The notes below the pieces were generated by a model that made no database searches, was not told the DNA's origin, and worked only from the letters and a program-made list of their open reading frames with translations. Shown piece by piece: positions 10,965 to 20,473 of a stretch of 64,000 nucleotides of DNA. Each line of letters opens with the position of its first letter. Positions within the stretch are counted from its first letter, which is position 1. The position numbers and the translations under genes are program-made. Source of the stretch: Spirochaetia bacterium (GTDB taxonomy: Bacteria > Spirochaetota > Spirochaetia > DSM-16054 > Sediminispirochaetaceae); the NCBI GenBank assembly GCA_034520965.1, contig JAXHMY010000002.1, positions 320,001 through 384,000 of the forward strand. The letters run 5' to 3'.

Positions 10965-12215
10965 ATGTACGAAGATTATCAACGAAACCAATCCGAATCT
11001 GCATTTGAGAAAGCCCACGCCAGGGGCCGGCGGCAAATCTTTTCACTTAACCCGATAAAACGCCGGAACAACCGAATACTCACCCTGGCGGCAGTAGTAG
11101 AGCACGCATCCTATCAAAGTGAATCCTATTTGGGGGTGCGGGAGATACCTGTACGTTGGATAATAGGGACAGAGAACCGCAGCAGTGATTATTCTAAAGA
11201 TTTCTACCCGTTGCACAAAAGAATGAAGCGTAACTGGAGTACCATATACCGCATGATGAGCGAAGGCAAAATTTTCGAACCCATAAGAGTGATAGAGTAT
11301 GGGGGGTATTATTTTGTACGGGACGGAAACCACCGCGTTTCTGCGGCGAAACACCAGGACAGAGAATATATCGCTGCTGAGGTTGTGCACTACAGCCTTC
11401 CCTTTTCCCTGCCCCGTAACCTGCATTGGGGAAATCTCAAGCTGCTGGCGGAAAAACACCGTTTTCACCAGCATACACACGTCTTTGAAATACTTCCGGA
11501 AAATGAGTTTTATGTTCGCTGCCCCCACACCTGGCGGTGGCTGACAACTGAAATCTGTGAATACAACCGGACCTGGTTTATTCGAAGGTTTAACCGTCCT
11601 CCGGAGAGCATGGAAGAGCAGCTGCAGAGTTGGTATAAAAACCTTTATCAAAATGCCATCTCTTATATTCGAAAAAACTCACTTACCTATCTGTTTCCGG
11701 GTAAATTAGAGACCGATATTTTTATCGAGATGATCAAACTGTGGAACAGTTTCGATAACCCCGATTCCCTCTGGCTAGGTGAATTGTACGAATTATTTAT
11801 AAAAAAACACCAACGGTTCCGACTGATACGGACACCTTTCCAGCGAATCCATAAAGAGGTAAAGTCCCTTTTTCTGGGGGCTGAGGATGAATACCGGCGG
11901 TTCGCCGAGATTTCTCAAATTGAAGAACTTGTTCCCGAATACACCCCGATAAGGGCTTCAAAGAAATTCTACTCGTTCCTGCATTCACAGCTCATTCACT
12001 CTTATGCTCCGCACCTGAAATCCTTTTACGGCCGCGCCCCGTATATCCAGGAGCTTACAGTCGACTGGTATAATAATATCTACTCGCCGGTCCTGAAGGC
12101 GTATAATGGGGAGAACTTTCCCCAAGCCTACATGCGGTTCTGCAAGCGCTACTATAAGCGAATTATTTCAGGGGACATTCCGATGGAGGCGGCGCTACGG
12201 GAGTTCTTCAGCTAA
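10965..12215 (+). CDS. ParB/sulfiredoxin-like N-terminal domain protein with DUF4032-like repeats
   Basis: EPIRVIEYGGYYFVRDGNHRVSAAK motif; two WY..(L/I)Y segments. Confidence 0.6.
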   Translation: MYEDYQRNQSESAFEKAHARGRRQIFSLNPIKRRNNRILTLAAVVEHASYQSESYLGVREIPVRWIIGTENRSSDYSKDFYPLHKRMKRNWSTIYRMMSEGKIFEPIRVIEYGGYYFVRDGNHRVSAAKHQDREYIAAEVVHYSLPFSLPRNLHWGNLKLLAEKHRFHQHTHVFEILPENEFYVRCPHTWRWLTTEICEYNRTWFIRRFNRPPESMEEQLQSWYKNLYQNAISYIRKNSLTYLFPGKLETDIFIEMIKLWNSFDNPDSLWLGELYELFIKKHQRFRLIRTPFQRIHKEVKSLFLGAEDEYRRFAEISQIEELVPEYTPIRASKKFYSFLHSQLIHSYAPHLKSFYGRAPYIQELTVDWYNNIYSPVLKAYNGENFPQAYMRFCKRYYKRIISGDIPMEAALREFFS

Positions 12216-12424
12216 AATACCAGCCAAAACACGACCATCTGAATTACTGGTAACAAGCAGACTGCATTTGCTGCTGCAAGAAATTTACCCTGAACAGAGG
12301 CAAGTCCTGCAACTTGCTACAAAAACAGCTTAAGCCCAAGGATGCCGGTTTTTCCAGTAAAAGTGAGAAATTTTGTAAGAAGGGAAACAATTACTTTCCA
12401 CTTCATAACACTCGTAGGCTTTAT

Positions 12425-12453
12425 TTGAGTTTCCCCTCTATTTTTTTTATACT
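12425..12453 (+). promoter_or_regulatory. Sigma70-type promoter, leaderless-type spacing to ATG
   Basis: TTGAGT-17-TATACT, 6 nt before ATG 12460. Confidence 0.55.
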
Positions 12454-12459
12454 ACAAAT

Positions 12460-13764
12460 ATGGAAAACGAAAAAAGAAAACAGACACCGGTATTCTACAA
12501 TACAATGACAAAACGGAATGAAGTTTTTGTACCCCGGCAGGCCGGGGTGGTTAAACTGTTTACCTGCGGCCCCTCTGTGTATCAGCAGCAGCACCTGGGC
12601 AACTACCGCACCTATTTATTTGAGGATGTGCTGCACAAGTACCTTGAATACCTCGGCTACCGGGTCGAGCGGGCAATCAATTTTACCGACCTAGAGGACA
12701 AGGCGATTAAGCGCCTAAAAAAAGAGGGGCTCACCCTCGAGGAGACCACCGGTCCGAATAAGGCGGAGTTTCTAAAAACCTCAAAGGAACTGGGCATTTT
12801 CCTGCCGGATGAAATCCCGCAAGCCACCGGCAGTGTTGAAGAGGCCGTGCAGATTATTGAGGATCTGCTTGAAAAGGGAATCGCCTACTGGCACAAGGGG
12901 AATGTCTATTTTGACCCCCTCAAATATCCGCGCTTCGGAGAGGTGTTTGGTCTGGATATGACTCAGTGGCCGGAAAAACGAGTACGATTTTCCAGGGACA
13001 CCTACAACGGCACACGCTGGAACCTGGGCGATTTCATTCTATGGCACGGAACCTCTTCCGAAGACCCGGTGTCCTGGGACAGCCGCATCGGCAAGGGCAG
13101 ACCCGCCTGGAACGTGCAGGACCCGGCGATGATTCTCAAAACCCTCGGTCCTGAAATTGATATTCACACCGGGGGTATCGACAATGTGTACCGGCACCAC
13201 GACTACAACCGCGCCATCCTTGAAAGTTATTCGGGAAAAAAGCTGGCCCATTACTGGCTGCATGGCGAGCATCTGATTGTAGAGGGAGCAAAGATGTCCA
13301 AGTCGAAGGGCAACACCATGTACCCGAAGGACGCCTACGCCCACGGATGCTCCCCTCAGCAGGTTCGCTTTATGCTGATGTGCACTTACTACCGTCACAA
13401 ACTGAATGTAAGCGCAGAGCGGATTGACGAATGCTGCCGCCACTTTTCCACCATTCGGCAGACATTGGAGGCTATCCAAAGCGGTTCCCCCCGCGAACAT
13501 AACCCAACTGCACCGGCCCGGGTGCACAAAACATACCGCCCCGGCAGCGAGCACTCGGTGGAGAAGCTGATCGACGAGGTGCCGATTCTCTTTAGCACTA
13601 AAATGAACGACGATATGGATACCCCGGGGGCAATTGAGTCAATCGAACATGTGGCGGACGAGTTTTACAGCGCCCAGCAGAAGAGCTTGGTGAACAACAG
13701 CCAGAGACAGCGCTTTATCTCGGAACTGAAATCGATCGACAGGGTACTTGGCTTTCTATTTTAA
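12460..13764 (+). CDS. Cysteinyl-tRNA synthetase paralog (class I aaRS-like ligase lacking anticodon-binding domain)
   Basis: CGPSVY, HLGN, DFILW and KMSKSKGN motifs; GWHIEC replaced by AWNVQD and HHENE by HHDYN; ends directly after the DALR-like helices. Confidence 0.8.
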   Translation: MENEKRKQTPVFYNTMTKRNEVFVPRQAGVVKLFTCGPSVYQQQHLGNYRTYLFEDVLHKYLEYLGYRVERAINFTDLEDKAIKRLKKEGLTLEETTGPNKAEFLKTSKELGIFLPDEIPQATGSVEEAVQIIEDLLEKGIAYWHKGNVYFDPLKYPRFGEVFGLDMTQWPEKRVRFSRDTYNGTRWNLGDFILWHGTSSEDPVSWDSRIGKGRPAWNVQDPAMILKTLGPEIDIHTGGIDNVYRHHDYNRAILESYSGKKLAHYWLHGEHLIVEGAKMSKSKGNTMYPKDAYAHGCSPQQVRFMLMCTYYRHKLNVSAERIDECCRHFSTIRQTLEAIQSGSPREHNPTAPARVHKTYRPGSEHSVEKLIDEVPILFSTKMNDDMDTPGAIESIEHVADEFYSAQQKSLVNNSQRQRFISELKSIDRVLGFLF

Positions 13765-13782
13765 TATTTGCGACTATCTGAA

Positions 13783-14514
13783 CTATCTCACTTGCAAATT
13801 AACCACAGGCTCGACAGTGTACTCCCCTCCGGGTCGAGCGTTGATTGAGGTTTCAAAGGACAGCCCTCCGGATACTATGCGCAGCCGGTGCCTTCCCTGC
13901 TCCACCTGGGCGGACAGCCCATTAACTCTGCTCCCGTTGATATACAACTCTACTTCGGATTCCGGATAATTGAGGTTTTGGTTGAGCATCTGCTCCGATA
14001 TAACAACGCTTACACGTGCCGGTTTCGGTTGAAGCTTGGCTACCACCTGCCGGTCCCTATTGAGTTTAACGGTCAAAAAATAGTCCTGATACCCCGGAGA
14101 AACAATACGTACATCGTACTCGCCAGGAGACAGCGACCTTTCTATTGGAACAGTACCAACCTTCGAATTGTTCACATAGACCTTTGCATCAGAAATATTG
14201 CTGGTTACTTCAAGAGTATGCCGTTTCGCCGGAGGTGCAACACCGAGCCGTGCATTCACAGTCAGACCCGATTGCCCAACGGTTATACGCTGTCGAAATT
14301 CGGGGCGCCCCGGTTTTCTGACAAGGAGCTCATAACTGCCGGGAGCTACCTGGGCTCTGTATGTGGGATTTGCAATCCCTAAAAGCCTCCCATCCAGTAT
14401 AACCTGAGCAGGTCCCTCACTGGCCTCTATGGTTAAGGGCACTCTTTGGGCAAAAAGACTTCCCGCAATCAACAGAAACAGGAGGGCAACGGAAAAATAT
14501 CTCAGTACTCTCAT
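13783..14514 (-). CDS. PEGA domain-containing exported protein
   Basis: Signal peptide; repeated V.(L/V)(D/N)G...G..P / PG.Y...(V/I) PEGA units. Confidence 0.85.
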   Translation of the reverse strand: MRVLRYFSVALLFLLIAGSLFAQRVPLTIEASEGPAQVILDGRLLGIANPTYRAQVAPGSYELLVRKPGRPEFRQRITVGQSGLTVNARLGVAPPAKRHTLEVTSNISDAKVYVNNSKVGTVPIERSLSPGEYDVRIVSPGYQDYFLTVKLNRDRQVVAKLQPKPARVSVVISEQMLNQNLNYPESEVELYINGSRVNGLSAQVEQGRHRLRIVSGGLSFETSINARPGGEYTVEPVVNLQVR

Positions 14515-14729
14515 TATTTACTCCTTGAATCAATCTTTCCAGCTGGTCCCCGATAGAAACGAAATACAGAGTCAGCTGAGATAATTATACTACCCGCAAC
14601 ATGAAAAAACAATTTTTTATAAGATTACTGTGAGGAAAATAAAAATATAGGTTTGTTTGTTTTTTTTAAAGAGTGGATATATACTGCTTAAGGTAAAGCT
14701 GCATAGCTTAATAGAAAGGAGTCGGAATA

Positions 14730-15389
14730 ATGAAGAAATTAGTTGTGGTGTTTATAATGGTCGCAGTCGTAAGTACCGGAGTGTTCGCGCAAGGACTGGG
14801 GTTTGGACTGAGCGTGAATCAGTACTACATGGAGGACGAGAACGGTAACTTCCCCTCCTTGCCGGAAGCCTGGGATGATTTCCGGGAAGGCAACGGCCGA
14901 TACTGGGGCGGGTTCGGAGAGTTTATGGGCCGGAACTATGCCCTTGGATTATCCTTAAATTATATGATCGATAGGGCAGATCCTGATGTCTATAGTTGGG
15001 CAGAAAATCCAAGCAACTATGATATGTGGAACTACGATCTCAACCTTTACCTGGCATACCACTTTCTCGGCACCAAATCGCTTCTCGACCCTTTCCTCCA
15101 GGCCGGCTTCGGGCTCTGGGCCTACGACTATATGAACAAAGATGCTCTCAGAGAAGAAGAAGAGGAGACATGGGTAACCGACGATCCCCTGATGGGTTCA
15201 GCCTACTTCGACCTCGGGGCGGGCCTCGGCGTCAACTTCGGTTCTTTAGGAATATTTTTTAGGGGCATGTACAACTTCCAGTCCGACAAGCCACTGTACG
15301 GTCAGGATCAGAGCGGTTCAGACTATGAGATCTTCGAGCTCCCGGTTATGCCTTTCAAATGGACCTTCGGGGCTAAATTTCTCCTCTAA
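14730..15389 (+). CDS. Putative outer-membrane beta-barrel protein
   Basis: Signal peptide, alternating aromatic/Gly beta strands, C-terminal FGAKFLL. Confidence 0.6.
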   Translation: MKKLVVVFIMVAVVSTGVFAQGLGFGLSVNQYYMEDENGNFPSLPEAWDDFREGNGRYWGGFGEFMGRNYALGLSLNYMIDRADPDVYSWAENPSNYDMWNYDLNLYLAYHFLGTKSLLDPFLQAGFGLWAYDYMNKDALREEEEETWVTDDPLMGSAYFDLGAGLGVNFGSLGIFFRGMYNFQSDKPLYGQDQSGSDYEIFELPVMPFKWTFGAKFLL

Positions 15390-15428
15390 GCCCCTGGAAG
15401 TATAGTTTTTACCATAGAGGTAAATGGA

Positions 15429-15463
15429 AGGGGCTGCCTTGATTCTTGGGCAGCCCCTTTTTT
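15429..15463 (+). terminator. Rho-independent terminator
   Basis: aggggctgcc...ggcagcccct followed by T-run. Confidence 0.8.
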
Positions 15464-15637
15464 CACTGATTCTCCGAACTATACGATTGTAATGCCAGCG
15501 TGCTGGGCACCTAAAGGCTGGGCAAAAGCAGAAACAGAAGCACCGGTAACCTCTGTAATATTTGTCGAATGATCTTGGCAGCCGAAGGGAAACGCGGTAC
15601 ATTAAAATGAGGATAAAATAAAAAGAAGGAGGACGAG

Positions 15638-16120
15638 ATGAATAAAAAAACAGTTATTACCCTGATTATAGCGGTGCTGCTGACCGCAGTTGCAGTGCAG
15701 AATGTCAGCGCCTACGGATACCGGCAATCCCGAATCGGTTTTGGGGTGGGAACCCCGAATGCGGTTATTATCTATCGGCCGGCGCCCTTCGACTTCCGCT
15801 TTGGCTACGATTTTTCCGAGGGCAACCAGTTTATCTTTTTAAGCGGCGACTGGCGGCCCACCGGCAACATACAGATAACCGGACCCCTGCACTTTTACTT
15901 CGGCATAGGCGGCTACGCCAAGTTTTACCCCGGGACCGGCAGCTCCGAGGACTGGTTTGAAGGAGGCACCCGCCTGCCCCTGGGCCTGAGCCTGATGTTT
16001 CTGGACAACGTGGGAGAGCTGTTCCTGGAGGTAGCCCCGGGTTTTGATCTGTACCCCAAACCGGTATTCTCCCAGGACCCGGTTCAGGTGTGGGCCGGCC
16101 TGACCTTTGCCATTCGATAG
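15638..16120 (+). CDS. DUF3996/BAPKO_0422-like spirochaetal outer-membrane protein
   Basis: Signal peptide; FYFGIGG, RLPLGL and ELFLEVAPG motifs. Confidence 0.7.
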   Translation: MNKKTVITLIIAVLLTAVAVQNVSAYGYRQSRIGFGVGTPNAVIIYRPAPFDFRFGYDFSEGNQFIFLSGDWRPTGNIQITGPLHFYFGIGGYAKFYPGTGSSEDWFEGGTRLPLGLSLMFLDNVGELFLEVAPGFDLYPKPVFSQDPVQVWAGLTFAIR

Positions 16121-16138
16121 GCCTGTACAGGGGGCGCA

Positions 16139-16558
16139 ATGAAGGGTTATTTTACCGGACGCGGCTTATCCGGGGCGACGATAAAAATCGTCGCCCTGGT
16201 ACGCAACCTGGTTATTTTTATCGGCGGGGTGTGGTTCTTTGAGTTTAAAGCCGACTACGTGTTTCCCGCCGAAGAGAATCTGCTGCTGTACTTTGTGGCT
16301 ATTCCAATTATTTGGTCTACTCTTATCCACATATGGACCAGCACCAGCTACGGCGAGCAGCAGGGCCTTTTTATGCATCTGTATACCCACCTTATCTCAG
16401 TGCTGCTGTTGATCTCGTCGGTGTTCTTGATCAGCGCCACCCTCAACACCATCTCCGACAGCCTGGACACCCTGGGCAACATTCTGTTCCACTTTGTGGG
16501 CTGGACAGTAATTATCTCGCTGATTTACTACGATATGGTGGATATAAACCGCTATTAA
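16139..16558 (+). CDS. Hypothetical 4-TM membrane protein
   Basis: Four hydrophobic segments; follows the upstream gene closely. Confidence 0.6.
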   Translation: MKGYFTGRGLSGATIKIVALVRNLVIFIGGVWFFEFKADYVFPAEENLLLYFVAIPIIWSTLIHIWTSTSYGEQQGLFMHLYTHLISVLLLISSVFLISATLNTISDSLDTLGNILFHFVGWTVIISLIYYDMVDINRY

Positions 16559-16622
16559 GAAAATAGCCGTATCCGGCTATTTTCGCTGTTTCGGTTGCCG
16601 CTACGCGGCATGCGAAACTAAT
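16552..16622 (+). repeat. ~70-bp palindromic interspersed repeat, copy 1
   Basis: Near-identical to the reverse complement of 41865-41935; two hairpins (aaaatagccg/cggctatttt and tttcg..tgccgc/gcggca..cgaaa). Confidence 0.8.
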
Positions 16623-16867
16623 CAGGCTAACTCGCGGATATAGCGGCGAAGAGCGCTGTTGATGAGGGTCTGATAGCCCGTTTTTTCTTCCGAGGCCTTT
16701 TTCTTGAAATAGAGAATGATGTCGTCGTCAAGCCGGATGGTGGTGGTAATTTTTTTTGGAGTATAGAACCGGCCCCGTTCACCCCCGGAAAAGTCGTATT
16801 CCGGCTCTACTTCAAATACATCCTCAGGTTTTTTCGTATTGTCTTTGCTCATTTTGTCTTTGCTCAT
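16622..16867 (-). CDS. brnA: BrnA-family antitoxin
   Basis: EYDFS and TTIRLDDDII.YFK...GYQTLIN.ALR motifs. Confidence 0.85.
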   Translation of the reverse strand: MSKDKMSKDNTKKPEDVFEVEPEYDFSGGERGRFYTPKKITTTIRLDDDIILYFKKKASEEKTGYQTLINSALRRYIRELA

Positions 16868-17125
16868 TGGGGCGGTCGCCTCCCGTGCCGACACGATTCG
16901 TATGATCTCTTCTCCCTCATAAGTAAAATACAAGTGTGCCACTACTAATAGGAGCAGGTTATGAGTAGCCCCCAAAGTAATCCACCGCTCCTCAAAATAA
17001 TTAAACCGTGTATCTAATATTGAGACGTGCAATGGATCGTTGAAAACTTCTGCAGCTAAATGAAACGAGATGCCGTGCTTTCGCCTGTTTGCTACTGCTT
17101 TATGCTCATCCCATTCAAACCTCAT
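16824..17125 (-). CDS. brnT: BrnT-family ribonuclease toxin (reads in-frame into BrnA in this assembly)
   Basis: MRFEWDEHKA..N..KHGISF, EERW and IRIVSAR motifs; the natural tail NEQRQYEKT* lies in another frame. Confidence 0.85.
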
Positions 17126-17256
17126 AGTCACAGTATACATATAAATATTTACATTGTACATACTATTAGCCTATTATTTTGCAAAATTACTTGTACTCAC
17201 TCCGGCAAGCCGTTTATCATTAAGGGAAGAATAAAATAAGTTAAGGAGATACGGTT

Positions 17257-19503
17257 ATGCAGAAGGGTGAAGGCAAGGGTTTGGCGATTTTGACCAGCGG
17301 AGGAGATGCCCAGGGAATGAACCCGGCGGTACGGGCGGTGGTGCGCACCGCCATTAAATGGGGCTTTGTGCCCTACGGGGTGTACGAGGGCTACCAGGGG
17401 CTGGTGGACGGTGGTGAGTATATTCAAAAGCTGGACTGGGGTTCGGTGGGCGGTATTTTGCACCGCGGAGGCACCACCCTCGGCTCGGCCCGCTCCAAGG
17501 ACTTTCGCGAGAAGGAGGGGCTGATTCGAGGGGTGCGCAACCTGGTGGAGCGAGATATTACCAATTTAATTGTCATCGGCGGCGACGGCAGCCTAAGCGG
17601 GGCGAACGAGTTTCGCAGCCTGTGGCCGGAGCACCTGGATATTTTAGTCGAGCGCGGCGAGATAAGCCCCGAGCAGCGAGAGCGCAACCGGCACCTGAAA
17701 CTGGTAGGCCTGGTGGGCTCTATCGACAACGATATGTTCGGTTCGGATATGACTATCGGGGCCGCCTCGGCCCTGCACCGCATTACTGAGGCAATCGACT
17801 CAATTACCGCCACCGCCTCCAGCCACCAGCGGGCCTTTGTAATTGAGGTAATGGGGCGCAACTGCGGCTACCTGGCCCTGATGAGCGCCCTGGCCGCGGG
17901 AGTGCAGTGGGTGCTGATTCCCGAAAACCCGCCGGATGTAGAGAACTGGGAAGAGCGCATGGTGGAGGTAATGAAAGAGGGGCGGGATGCCGGAAGGCGC
18001 TACAGTATTGCCGTGGTGGCCGAGGGGGCCCGCGACCGCAACGGTACTCCCATTAGCGCAGAACACGTGGTACAGGTGCTCAAGGAACGGCTTACGCCGG
18101 ATACCCGGCTTACCATTCTGGGCCATGTGCAGCGGGGAGGCACCCCCTGCGCTTTTGACCGCTACATGAGCACCATGCAGGGCTACAAGGCGGTGGAGAC
18201 TATCAGTGAAATGAACGAAGACGACCCGGCCCAGCTGATTGGGCTGCGCAGACACTCCAACGTGGCCTCGCCCCTGATGGACTGCGTGCAGGAGACCCGC
18301 TCTATCAAGGAAGTAATAGAGAACAGAGAGTATGCCAAGGCAATGAAGATGCGCGGGGGCAGTTTTGCCGACTCCTACGACACCTTCCGCACCCTTATCA
18401 GCGCCCTGCCCCGTAATCCGGTTCCCGAGACTCAGCGGCTGCGCATCGGGGTGATGCACGGCGGCCCCCCTGCTCCCGGTATGAACACGGCGGTACGGGC
18501 GGCGGTGCGCATAGGCATAGACAACGGGCACCAGATGTACGGGGTGCACAACGGCTTTGAGGGGCTGATTAAAGGAGACATTAGCCCGATGGATTGGATG
18601 AGCGTGGACGGCTGGGCTTCCCAGGGGGGCAGCGAGCTGGGTACTAACCGCCGAGTACCTACCGAAGAGGAATTGCCCATTGTGGCCCGACACCTGCGGG
18701 AGAAGAAGATGAACGGGCTGCTGATGATCGGCGGCTGGGACGGCTATGCGGCGGCCCATCTGCTGCACAGCCGGCGGGATGAATTCCCAGAGTTCAACAT
18801 TCCGATTATCTGCCTGCCCGCTACTATCAACAACAACCTGCCCGGCTCGGAGCTGAGCGTGGGCTCCGATACCGCCCTAAACACCATCATGGAGGCGGTA
18901 GATAAAATTAAACACTCCGCGGTGGCCTCGCGGCGGGTGTTTGTGGTTGAGGTGATGGGCCGCAACTGCGGGTATCTGGCCCTGTTGAGCGCCCTTTCCA
19001 CCGGGGCCGAGCGGGCGTATCTGCAGGAGGAAGGGCTTACCCTGAAGGACCTTCAAAATGATATAAAGAACCTGGTAAAGGGCTTTGAACGGGGCAAGCG
19101 GCTGGGCTTGATGATCCGCAACGAAAATGTGAATGAGTTTTACACCGCCGACTTTATGCGCTCGATCTTTGAGCAGGAGGGCCAGGGGCTGTACGATGTG
19201 CGGCGGACGATTCTGGGGCACCAGCAGAACGGCGGCGACCCCAGCCCCTTCGACCGCATTCAAGCTACTCGCCTGGCCAAGCGCAGTATGGAGCATATTT
19301 TCATCGAGGCGGCCAAACCACAGCCGGAAAGCTACATGTGCGGCCTGGTCAACGGTCAGGTTCAGTTTAACTGGTTACACAAGTTTTACGAACTGGGCGA
19401 CGGAGAGCTGGAGCGTCCACACCAGCAGTGGTGGCTGAAAATACGTCCGGTTGCCACTACCCTTGCATCGGAGGACACTCCCCTGGACTACACTGAGCTG
19501 TAA
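17257..19503 (+). CDS. pfkA: 6-phosphofructokinase, tandem-duplicated eukaryote-type (748 aa)
   Basis: N-half TSGGDAQGMN, GGDGS, GSIDND, EVMGR; C-half GGPPAPGMN, PATINNN, EVMGR. Confidence 0.92.
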   Translation: MQKGEGKGLAILTSGGDAQGMNPAVRAVVRTAIKWGFVPYGVYEGYQGLVDGGEYIQKLDWGSVGGILHRGGTTLGSARSKDFREKEGLIRGVRNLVERDITNLIVIGGDGSLSGANEFRSLWPEHLDILVERGEISPEQRERNRHLKLVGLVGSIDNDMFGSDMTIGAASALHRITEAIDSITATASSHQRAFVIEVMGRNCGYLALMSALAAGVQWVLIPENPPDVENWEERMVEVMKEGRDAGRRYSIAVVAEGARDRNGTPISAEHVVQVLKERLTPDTRLTILGHVQRGGTPCAFDRYMSTMQGYKAVETISEMNEDDPAQLIGLRRHSNVASPLMDCVQETRSIKEVIENREYAKAMKMRGGSFADSYDTFRTLISALPRNPVPETQRLRIGVMHGGPPAPGMNTAVRAAVRIGIDNGHQMYGVHNGFEGLIKGDISPMDWMSVDGWASQGGSELGTNRRVPTEEELPIVARHLREKKMNGLLMIGGWDGYAAAHLLHSRRDEFPEFNIPIICLPATINNNLPGSELSVGSDTALNTIMEAVDKIKHSAVASRRVFVVEVMGRNCGYLALLSALSTGAERAYLQEEGLTLKDLQNDIKNLVKGFERGKRLGLMIRNENVNEFYTADFMRSIFEQEGQGLYDVRRTILGHQQNGGDPSPFDRIQATRLAKRSMEHIFIEAAKPQPESYMCGLVNGQVQFNWLHKFYELGDGELERPHQQWWLKIRPVATTLASEDTPLDYTEL

Positions 19504-19627
19504 CGGCTGAGAACAAGCAAGAGGGGCCGGGCGCCGACCCGCCCCTTACTCGGGCTCAGGTTTGCCTTGACCCCGCCGGCATTAGTATACTCAAGACTCA
19601 GGGATTGCATTTATTAAGGAGATTAAT

Positions 19628-20449
19628 ATGGATTTAAAATCAACGACAACATTAAATAACGGGGTAAAGATGCCCTGGGTAGGTTTTGGAGTGTTTCAGA
19701 CGCAGGAGGGCCCGGAGGTGGAGAACGCGGTGCGCTGGGCCCTGGAGACCGGCTACCGGCATATCGATACGGCCAGTTTTTACGAGAACGAGGCGGGTGT
19801 GGGCAAGGCGATTGCCGCCTCGGAGGTGTCCCGGGATGAGCTGTTTGTGACCACCAAGGTGTGGAACACCGAGCAGGGCTACCAGGAGAGCCTGAAGGCC
19901 TTCGACCGCAGTCGCACGAAGCTGCAGATGGATGTGGTGGACTTGTACCTGGTGCACTGGCCCTTGAAGCACAGTTTTAAGGATACCTACAAGGCGCTGG
20001 AGAAGCTGTATGCCGACGGGAAGGTGCGGGCGATTGGGGTGAGCAACTTTCTGCCCCACCATCTGAAGGACCTGATGGCCGACTTTGATGTGGTCCCCGC
20101 GGTAAACCAGGTGGAGTGGCACCCCTTTCTGTTTCAGAAGGAGCTGTACGAGTTTTGCAAGTCCAAGGGAATTCAGCAGGAGGCCTGGAGTCCCCTGACC
20201 CGGGGGCGCTTTCTGGACGAGCCGGTGCTGAGGGAGATCGCCGAGGCCCACGGCAAGTCGCCGGCCCAGGTGCTGCTGCGCTGGGATCTGCAGCACGAGG
20301 TGGTGACGATTCCAAAGTCGGTGCACAAGGAGCGGATTATCGAGAACTCCCAGGTTTTCGACTTTCAACTGAGCGACCTGGAGATGGCGCGGATAGACTC
20401 GCTGGACAGCGACACCCGCATCGGGCCGCATCCGGATAAAATGAGCTAA
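19628..20449 (+). CDS. Aldo/keto reductase (AKR5/YtbE-like)
   Basis: GYRHIDTA, LYLVHWP, IGVSNF and IPKS motifs. Confidence 0.93.
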   Translation: MDLKSTTTLNNGVKMPWVGFGVFQTQEGPEVENAVRWALETGYRHIDTASFYENEAGVGKAIAASEVSRDELFVTTKVWNTEQGYQESLKAFDRSRTKLQMDVVDLYLVHWPLKHSFKDTYKALEKLYADGKVRAIGVSNFLPHHLKDLMADFDVVPAVNQVEWHPFLFQKELYEFCKSKGIQQEAWSPLTRGRFLDEPVLREIAEAHGKSPAQVLLRWDLQHEVVTIPKSVHKERIIENSQVFDFQLSDLEMARIDSLDSDTRIGPHPDKMS

Positions 20450-20473
20450 GGCGCAGGAGCGAGGGTAAGTTGC

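Noticed and set aside
12216..12459. T-box leader before the CysRS-like gene
   Set aside because: No GGTGGnACC T-box or terminator, and the promoter lies immediately at the ATG
1553..13764. Acyltransferase + GT + CysRS paralog as a single mycothiol-like biosynthetic cluster
   Set aside because: The genes lie in separate transcription units with their own promoters and no deacetylase is present; cannot be supported without co-occurrence data
15470..15600. Possible c-di-GMP-II riboswitch (ctgggcacct) upstream of the DUF3996-like gene
   Set aside because: Only one short motif matches; the 3' consensus and pseudoknot partner are not found
17424..20431. Long antisense ORFs over pfk and AKR (e.g. 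17800-18768, 19652-20431), also 24440-25651 and 36176-36892
   Set aside because: Shadow ORFs opposite well-supported genes, with no recognisable motifs
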